NCBI GenBank assembly: GCA_016721625.1
Contig: JADKHR010000001.1
Coordinates: forward strand, 2,419,807 to 2,483,806
Reading direction: 5' to 3'
Length of the DNA: 64,000 nucleotides
Origin: Elusimicrobiota bacterium
GTDB taxonomy: Bacteria > Elusimicrobiota > Elusimicrobia > FEN-1173
Both the position numbers and the translations under genes were made by a program. Shown here piece by piece: positions 57,028 to 64,000 of this stretch. A model generated the notes under the pieces. The model did not search any database. It was given only the letters and a program-made list of their open reading frames with translations, and was not told the origin of the DNA. Within the stretch, counting starts at the first letter, position 1, and each line of letters starts with the position of its first letter.

Positions 57028-57782
57028 AGGCGGTGGAGGTCGTCCACCTGTCCTACCGCTACGCGGACGGGCATGAGGCGCTCCGGGACCTCCATTTTTC
57101 CGTGGAAGCGGGCGCCCGCGTGGCTCTCATCGGACCCAACGGCGCCGGAAAATCCACCCTTCTCCAGCATTTAAACGGTCTCTTGCCCGAGGACCCTCCC
57201 TCTTCCCCCGCCGTTTCCATTTTCGGTCAGCCGATCTCCAAAGACCATGGGGCCAGGGTTCGTTCCCAGGTGGGACTCCTGTTTCAGGATCCCGACGACC
57301 AGTTGTTCTGCCCCACGGTTTTCGAGGACGTCGCCTTCGGTCCCGCCCAAGGGGATTTGTTGGAGGAGGACATCGCTTCCTTGGTGTCGCGGTCTTTGTC
57401 CCAAATGGGACTGGAAGGGTTTGAGAACCGCCTTCCCCATCATCTGAGCCACGGAGAAAAACGGCGGGTTTGTTTGGCGGGACTGTTGGCCTGCGATCCG
57501 AAAATCCTCGCCTTGGACGAACCGACCCGGGACCTGGACCCCCGGGGCCGCCGGGAACTCAAATCTCTGTTGGCCCGCCTGCCCATCACCCAAATCATCG
57601 CCACCCATGACCTGGAACTGGTGGTGGAACTCTGCTCCCAGGCGATCCTGATCGATCAAGGCCGGCTCATCGCCCAGGGCCCTCCGACGGACCTTCTTTC
57701 GGACGAAAAACTCATGCTCGCCCACGGACTGGAAAAACCCCACATCCTTCATCATCTCCATCCTAAGACTCTCGCCCAATAA
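57015..57782 (+). CDS. cbiO: ECF transporter ATPase CbiO
   Basis: Walker A GPNGAGKST, LSHGEKRR, ALDEPT. Confidence 0.8.
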   Translation: MENVKAVEVVHLSYRYADGHEALRDLHFSVEAGARVALIGPNGAGKSTLLQHLNGLLPEDPPSSPAVSIFGQPISKDHGARVRSQVGLLFQDPDDQLFCPTVFEDVAFGPAQGDLLEEDIASLVSRSLSQMGLEGFENRLPHHLSHGEKRRVCLAGLLACDPKILALDEPTRDLDPRGRRELKSLLARLPITQIIATHDLELVVELCSQAILIDQGRLIAQGPPTDLLSDEKLMLAHGLEKPHILHHLHPKTLAQ

Positions 57783-57800
57783 TGCTAGAATTCATTTTCC

Positions 57801-58406
57801 ATGGTTAAAATTCGGCGGGCCAAAATCGGCGATGTGCGGGCCATGCACAGGCTTCTCGGGGTTTTTTCCGAGAGGCGGGAACTCTTGCCCCGGGCGATTT
57901 CGGAACTCTTTGAAAATCTCCAACAGTTCCATGTGGCCGAAGACAAAGGCCGCTTGATGGGGTGTTGCTCCCTGGCGGTCCAGTGGGACAATTTGGCGGA
58001 GGTCAAAGCCTTGGCGGTGGACCCGGATTATCAGGGCAAAGGCATCGGGCGGAAGCTCGTGAATTCCTGTCTGGCGGACGCCCAGGCCCTCGGCGTCACG
58101 AGGGTTTTCGCGCTCACCATGAAAGACGGTTTTTTCACGAAGATCGGATTTAAGCGCGTCGAGAAAAACTTCCTGCCCCATAAGGTCTGGACCGAGTGCG
58201 TCCGGTGCCCCTATTTTCCCGACACTTGCGTGGAAATCGCCATGGTCAAAGACCTCGGGGGGGTCCCGCCGCCTCCCGCCTTCAAGGCCGCCGATCTCCC
58301 CTCCGATGGGACCGTTCCCATCGAACCGGAGGGGTTTGCCCCGTTCCGCCTAAGCGCAAGTCCCGCTAAATTCAGCCTCACGGTCAGGGCGCTTCGCGCT
58401 TCTTGA
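57801..58406 (+). CDS. GNAT N-acetyltransferase with ~60-aa Pro-rich C-terminal tail
   Basis: acetyl-CoA motif QGKGIGRKL. Confidence 0.7.
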   Translation: MVKIRRAKIGDVRAMHRLLGVFSERRELLPRAISELFENLQQFHVAEDKGRLMGCCSLAVQWDNLAEVKALAVDPDYQGKGIGRKLVNSCLADAQALGVTRVFALTMKDGFFTKIGFKRVEKNFLPHKVWTECVRCPYFPDTCVEIAMVKDLGGVPPPPAFKAADLPSDGTVPIEPEGFAPFRLSASPAKFSLTVRALRAS

Positions 58407-58477
58407 CAGGATGCTTTTCTTATCTAAAAATAAGGGCAAATAAGACGGCCGGGATAAAATTCGGATGGGGAGGCGCC

Positions 58478-58753
58478 ATGAAAAAAACAGAACTTATTCA
58501 GAGGATTGCCCGGGACGCGAACATCACGCGCGCCCAGGCGGTCAAGGCCGTGAAATCGGCGGTGACCGTCATTCGGGAGACCGTTCAATCCGGCGACAAG
58601 ATTTCGTTGACAGGGCTGGGTACTTTCAAGGTGAAAGCCCGAAAGGCCCGCCCGGGACGCAATCCGAAGACCGGGGAAACCATCGCCATTCCGGCGGGGC
58701 GTAAAATTTCTTTCAAACCCAGCCTTTCGCTGAAAAAGCTCGTCAAAGGGTAA
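58478..58753 (+). CDS. hup: HU/IHF-family DNA-binding protein
   Basis: MKKTELIQRIA...GFGTFKV...RPGRNPKTGE. Confidence 0.85.
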   Translation: MKKTELIQRIARDANITRAQAVKAVKSAVTVIRETVQSGDKISLTGLGTFKVKARKARPGRNPKTGETIAIPAGRKISFKPSLSLKKLVKG

Positions 58754-58756
58754 CCC

Positions 58757-59053
58757 TTGGCGGGCGGAAAGGAGCGGGTGGCCGTGGCCGGGCTGGCGAG
58801 GTTGGCGGCCTGGATTTTTTTTGTTTGGGGCGCTCTGGCGGTGGGCAAAGGGCTGTGGGACTGTTTCGGCGGCCAGCCCGAGACCAACTTTTTTTCACCG
58901 ACTCCCTGGACCTTCATTTCCCGGGCTCAGTGGTTGCGCTACGCCGGGTTCGAATTGGCCTACGGCTTGGCCTGCGTCGGCGTGGGCCTTTCGGTGTGGA
59001 CGGTCTCCCGGCGGCTCCCCGTTTGGATCGAACGGGCGACCAGCGACTTCTGA
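58757..59053 (+). CDS. hypothetical small membrane protein
   Basis: ORF only; two hydrophobic segments. Confidence 0.3.
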   Translation: MAGGKERVAVAGLARLAAWIFFVWGALAVGKGLWDCFGGQPETNFFSPTPWTFISRAQWLRYAGFELAYGLACVGVGLSVWTVSRRLPVWIERATSDF

Positions 59054-59115
59054 TCCACTTTTTGTAATCCGACCCGCGAAGCGGGCGGCGACTCTGATGT
59101 CACCGAGGTCTTCCC

Positions 59116-60333
59116 ATGGTTGAATGTTCCCAGAAACTTGAGCAATTGCCTCCCTATATTTTCACACGGATCAAGGCCCTGGCCGCGGAAGCCCACGGGC
59201 GGCGTTTGGACGTGATCGACCTCGGCATGGGAAATCCCGACCTGCCCACCCCCGCCCACGTGGTGGATCGGTTGGTGGATACGGTCAAGAACCATCCCCG
59301 CACGCACCGTTACCCCCAGGCCAAGGGCATGCCGAAGTTCCGGAAAGCGGTGACGAATTACATGGACCGCCGGTTCGGCGTCACGCTCAACCCCGACGAA
59401 AACGTGCTGGCTTTGATCGGATCCAAGGAAGGCATCGCCCACCTCTGCCAGGCTTACATGGACCCGGGTGATTTCGCGCTGGTGCCCGTGCCCAGCTATC
59501 CGGTGCATTCGAACGGTGTGATCTTGGCGGGCGGGAGAATCCATTATATGCCGCTCCGGCCCGAGAACGGCTATTTGCCCGATTATTCAAAAATCCCGGC
59601 CTCAGTGCTGAAACGCACCAAAATCATGTTTCTGAGCTATCCGAACAATCCCACGGCCGCCATCGTCGACGACCCGGAATTCTTTAAACAAACCGTGAAG
59701 TTCGCCGAAAAGCACGACATTCTGGTGGCCTACGACAATCCCTATTGCGAGATCACCTTCGACGGATACGTGGCCCCGAGTTTCTTGGAGACGCCGGGGG
59801 CCTCGGAAGTGGCCTTGGAATTCCACAGTTTCTCCAAGACCTACAACATGGCGGGCTGGCGGATCGGCTGGGCCTGCGGCAAAAAATCGCTTTTGGCGCC
59901 GCTGGAAAAATACAAGGCGTTCGTGGACTATGGGGTGCCCACGTTTCTCCAACTGGCGGCCGTGGCCGCCCTGGAAGGGCCCCAGGACTGTGTCAAACAG
60001 ATGGTGGCGACCTACCAACGCCGGAGAAACTATTTCGTTGGGGAGCTGAACAAAATGGGCTGGCCCGTCACCTCCCCGCGGGCCACCATGTACGTGTGGG
60101 CGCCGCTTCCGGACGGGTGGAAAGCCAAGGGGTCCCTGGCCTTTGCCGAGGAGTTGGTGAAAGAAACCGGGATCGTGGTCACCCCGGGCATCGGGTTCGG
60201 CCCCGAAGCCGAAGGCTATGTCCGGATGTCGCTCGTCACCCACGACGACCGGTTTTACGACGCGGTTCTTCGCCTGCGGAAATTCCTTCGCAAAGGCAAA
60301 TCGGTTAAATCCGCCCGGTCCGTTCCGGCATGA
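59116..60333 (+). CDS. PLP-dependent aminotransferase class I (LL-DAP aminotransferase/AlaA-like)
   Basis: SFSKTYNMAGWRIGW PLP-lysine region. Confidence 0.8.
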   Translation: MVECSQKLEQLPPYIFTRIKALAAEAHGRRLDVIDLGMGNPDLPTPAHVVDRLVDTVKNHPRTHRYPQAKGMPKFRKAVTNYMDRRFGVTLNPDENVLALIGSKEGIAHLCQAYMDPGDFALVPVPSYPVHSNGVILAGGRIHYMPLRPENGYLPDYSKIPASVLKRTKIMFLSYPNNPTAAIVDDPEFFKQTVKFAEKHDILVAYDNPYCEITFDGYVAPSFLETPGASEVALEFHSFSKTYNMAGWRIGWACGKKSLLAPLEKYKAFVDYGVPTFLQLAAVAALEGPQDCVKQMVATYQRRRNYFVGELNKMGWPVTSPRATMYVWAPLPDGWKAKGSLAFAEELVKETGIVVTPGIGFGPEAEGYVRMSLVTHDDRFYDAVLRLRKFLRKGKSVKSARSVPA

Positions 60334-61658
60334 AAAACGGCGCCGTCCAAATCGGACTGGTGGGCTACGGGGTGGTGGGGAGCGGCGTGGTCCGCCTCTT
60401 CCAAAAAAACCTCGAGATTTTGGAGGCCAAGGCGGGCACCCGGCTCCAACTCGCCTGGGTGGCCAGCCGTCGCAAGAAACCGCTGTCCCCCATCGGAGGC
60501 GAGCGGCCCCGGTTCACCAAAGACTGGCGCGAAGTGGTGGGGGATCCCGCTGTCGACATCGTCGTGGAATTGATCGGCGGGGACGAACCGGCCCGCACGG
60601 TGATTCTTTCGGCCTTGAAGGCCGGCAAGCAGGTGGCCACGGCCAACAAAGCCGTGTTGGCCCGCCATTGGGGTGAAATTTTCAATACGGCCCAGGCCAC
60701 GCGGGGTCTGGTTTATTTCGAGGCCGCTGTGGGCGGGGGAATCCCGGTGGTTCAGGGATTGAACGAGGGCCTGGCGGCCAATCGGATCCAACGGCTTTAC
60801 GGGATTGTGAACGGGACGACGAATTACATCCTGACCCGGATGACGGAAGAAGGGCTTCGTTTTTCCGCCGCGTTGAAAGCGGCCCAGGCCGCCGGGTTTG
60901 CCGAGGCGGACCCCTCCTTCGACATCGATGGGGTGGATGCCGCCCACAAGTTGGCGATTCTCGCCTCTCTGGCCACCGGCGGCTGGGTGCGGGTGGAAGA
61001 TGTTCACCGGGAAGGGTTGACGGGTTTGGATTTGTGGGACATCAAATTTGCCCGTCGCCGGCTGGGGCTCGTGGCCAAATTTCTCGCCTCGGCGGACATC
61101 GACGGGAATTCGGTGTTCGCCCGGGTTCAGACGACCTTGATTCCGGAAAACCACCCCTTCGCTAACGTCCGGAACGAATACAACGCTGTCGTCATCCACG
61201 GCGACGCCGTGGGGGACGTCATGTTCTACGGCAAAGGCGCGGGCGCCATGCCCTCGGCCAGCGCGGTGGTTTCCGACGTTTTATACCTGGCCCGCCAGGT
61301 GGCGGGCGGTATGGCCGGGCGGCTCCCCTACGTGATGTTCGACGGGAAAAAGAAGTTGGACATTTTGGAGTCCCGGGATCGTCGGCTTCGCCACTATCTT
61401 CGTTTCAGCGCCGTGGACCGAGCCGGGATCTTAGCGGCCGTGACCCGGCTCCTGAGCCAGCATGAAATCTCCATCGCCTCCGTGCATCAAGAGGACAACT
61501 CGGTGTCCGAAACCGATGTCGTCAAGAAATCCGTCCCGATCGTCATCGTGACCCACGATGCCCCGGAGGGAGCGATCCAGGCCGCCATGAAGGAGTCCCG
61601 CCGCATTCGAGGGCTCTCCCGCCAACCCGTCCATCTTCGCATCGATTCGCTCGGATAA
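60330..61658 (+). CDS. hom: homoserine dehydrogenase with C-terminal ACT domain
   Basis: GYGVVGSG NAD(P) site; NGTTNYIL; ACT tail. Confidence 0.9.
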   Translation: MKNGAVQIGLVGYGVVGSGVVRLFQKNLEILEAKAGTRLQLAWVASRRKKPLSPIGGERPRFTKDWREVVGDPAVDIVVELIGGDEPARTVILSALKAGKQVATANKAVLARHWGEIFNTAQATRGLVYFEAAVGGGIPVVQGLNEGLAANRIQRLYGIVNGTTNYILTRMTEEGLRFSAALKAAQAAGFAEADPSFDIDGVDAAHKLAILASLATGGWVRVEDVHREGLTGLDLWDIKFARRRLGLVAKFLASADIDGNSVFARVQTTLIPENHPFANVRNEYNAVVIHGDAVGDVMFYGKGAGAMPSASAVVSDVLYLARQVAGGMAGRLPYVMFDGKKKLDILESRDRRLRHYLRFSAVDRAGILAAVTRLLSQHEISIASVHQEDNSVSETDVVKKSVPIVIVTHDAPEGAIQAAMKESRRIRGLSRQPVHLRIDSLG

Positions 61659-61694
61659 GCGCCCCTCGTTATGCCGGCGGAAGGAGAATCCTTT

Positions 61695-63394
61695 ATGAGT
61701 GAATCCGTCGGAACAGAGTGGGCCGCGGGGTTGGACGTCCTTCGGGAAATCGTGGGGAAGGCCCATGTGGTCGTCGACGCGCAGGAAGTGGAGCGGCGCG
61801 CTCGATGCCTGATCCCTTCCGTGCGGCGCCCCTCCGCCTTTGTTTACCCCTCCGACGTCGACCAATTAAAAAAGATCGTGAAGGCGGCCCTGGACCACCA
61901 TCTCGCGCTTTGGCCTTGCGGGAAGGGCAAGAACTGGGGCTACGGCTCCGCCTCCCCGGCGCGGGACGGCGCGGTGGTCCTCGTTCTGGAACGAATGAAC
62001 CGCATTGTGGAGGTGAACGAAACCATGGCCTACGCCGTGGTGGAACCGGGGGTCACCTACCGGCAACTGCACGCTCACTTGAAGGAACGCGGGGTCCGGC
62101 TGTGGCTGGATTGCACCGACGGTCCTGCCGACGGCAGCGTCATGGGGAACGCCCTGGAACGCGGGATCGGGGAAACCCCCTACGGGGACCATTTCGAAAA
62201 AATTTGCGGGATGGAAGTCCTTTTGGCGGACGGGAGCCTGGTTCGCACCGGCGGGGGCCCTCTTCAGGGCTACAAAACCTGGAACACGTTTAAATGGGGG
62301 GTGGGCCCCTACCTCGAGGGGCTCTTCAGTCAATCCAACTTCGGCATCGTGACTCAAATCGGCATCTGGCTCATGCCGGAACCGGAATGTTTTCAGTCCT
62401 GCCTTTTCGAGTTGAAACGGGAAGAGGATTTTCCCGCCCTCATCAATGAAATACGCCATTTGTCCTTCGCGGGGGCCCTGCAAAGCAAAATCCACCTGAT
62501 CAACGACGTGACCACCTTTGGCATCGTGGCGGACGATCCCCGCGACCTGTTGGATGGGGCCCCTTGCTTGTCGGAAGAACGCCGGGCGACGTTGCGCCGT
62601 CGGTTCAATATCGCTCCCTGGACCTTTGGGGCGGGCCTCTACGGCACCACCGCCCAGGTGCGGGCCGCCCGTTCGTTGATCAAAAAACGACTGGGACCCT
62701 ACGGCCGCCTCTGGTTTTTGGGGGAGGCGAGCTGTCGCTGGATCCAGCGGTTTTCGGGTCTGTTGAGAAAATGGCGGGACCTTCCCCGTGGACGGGCCTG
62801 GGCCGACAAGTTGTCCATGCTGATATTTCGGAAACCCCTGCCCTGCGTGGAAGCTTTGCCGCACATGCACGCCATCGAGAAAGGCTACCCCAGCGACTAT
62901 TTCGTGAAACATGCCTACATGAAACGGCGCGGCGCAAAACCGTCCGATGACGACATCGATCCCGCCCGGGACCATTGCGGCGGGATTTGGGCGGGATCGT
63001 GGTGTCCTTGGAAGGGGAGGAAGTCCGCCGGGTGGTGGAACACTGCCGAACCCTGGCCTTGAAAAAGAAACTGGACATCAATTTCGCCCTCATGGTGGCG
63101 ACGGCCAGGTCCGTCATCATTTTGACCTCTCTTTTTTACGACAAAACCGACGCCGACGAAACGGAACGCGTTCACGCCCTCTACAATGAAATCTCCGAAA
63201 CCACCCAGTCCCAGGGCTATCAACAGTACCGCACCAGCACGGGGTTCATGGACCGAATATTTTCGAACGCGCCCGAGTTTCTCCGTCTGGCCAACCGGAT
63301 CAAGGGCGTTCTGGACCCGGACAATATTTTCGCTCCCGGAAAATACGGCATCGACCCGGCCGTTTCACCCACCCGGAGGCCCAATGCCCCATAA
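61695..63394 (+). CDS. FAD-linked oxidase (PCMH/VAO-type); frame broken at a GGG run near 62989
   Basis: RBS AAGGAG; FAD-binding domain; ORFs 61671..63062 and 62975..63394; adding one G yields DHCGGIWGGIVVSLEGEEV. Confidence 0.7.
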
Positions 63395-63443
63395 ACCTTT
63401 CTTTGGTTGGAGGGAAGGGTTCTCGGTGGAAGAGCCCGTTTGG

Positions 63444-64000
63444 TGAAGACTGTCCTTCTCACAGGCGGGGCGGGGGCCGTGGGGAGCGCGGTGGTTCCCG
63501 AGTTGCTGGGCGATCCCGACCTGCGCTTGATCCTATTGCTTCGTCCCGCCCCCGGCCGTTCCGTGCCCGAGCGGCTGGAGGAGCTGAAAACCTTTTGGAG
63601 GACGTACGGGCTTGGGGAACCCGTCTGGGGAAGGGTGGAGATCCTTTCGGGAGATGTCTCTCAGGAACGGTTGGGCATCGCGCCGGGGCCCTACGCCCAG
63701 TTGGCGGACCGCGTGACGCACATCGTTCACGGGGCGGCCCAGGTGAAGGTCAATATGTCGGCGGAGGAGGCGCGCCGAAGTTCGGTGGCCACCACGGTGC
63801 ACATCCTCACTTTGGCCCGGGAGGCCCGGGCGCTGGAGAAACTCGAATATCTGAGCACGGTGGGCGTGGCGGGGACCCTCCAGGGGCGGATCGAGGAACG
63901 ACGCCTCCGGGAACCGCGCGAGTTTCACAACACCTACGAATCCTCCAAGGCGGAAGCCGAGGAATTAGTGTGGGAGGCCATGGAGCAAGGGCTTCCCGTG
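63444..64000 (+). CDS. SDR-family NAD-binding (thioester-reductase/epimerase-like) protein, 5' part (3' end outside window)
   Basis: GTG start; LLTGGAGAVGSAVVPELL Rossmann motif; open to window end. Confidence 0.45.

Overview
This is a high-GC (about 63-65%) bacterial chromosomal segment. Core genes lie almost entirely on the + strand in conserved syntenic blocks:
- kdsA-(small ORF)-kdsD-kdsC-lptC-lptA-lptB-hpf-ptsN-hprK-rapZ-mannose-type PTS IIA/IIB/IIC/IID-ptsH-ptsI
- lepA-lepB-hemW
- hrcA (with a perfect CIRCE and a TTGACA-17-TATACT promoter)-grpE-dnaK-dnaJ
- rsmE-mtaB, HIT, rpsU-dnaG-rpoD
- tRNA-Met, tRNA-Val, rnhA, RNase P RNA
- an HD-GYP response regulator, nadK-recN, a fused indolepyruvate:ferredoxin oxidoreductase
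- cbiM(-PDGLE)-cbiQ-cbiO, HU, an aminotransferase and hom.

The notable accessory region is a low-GC (about 45%) island at about 7.1-11.3 kb, read as a degenerate chromosomal integron. It has a 99-aa IntI-like N-terminal fragment on the - strand, abutting rumA. This is divergent from at least six attC-like sites (R'' GCCCAAC ... R' GTTGGGC/GTTAGGC, 60-90 bp, imperfect internal palindromes). The sites delimit + strand cassettes:
- two secreted or lipoprotein unknowns
- two BrnT/BrnA toxin-antitoxin pairs
- a further overlapping two-gene pair of unknown function (TA-like architecture)
- an ORF-less cassette
- another secreted unknown.

The island is followed by a low-GC radical SAM/SPASM gene that overlaps a GT39-like glycosyltransferase.

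Several core genes (PTS IIA, lepA, cbiM, an FAD oxidase) are each split by single-base losses inside homopolymer runs. dnaJ has a larger internal frame break. This pattern most economically indicates homopolymer indel errors in the assembly. It must be resolved before any of these genes are called pseudogenes.
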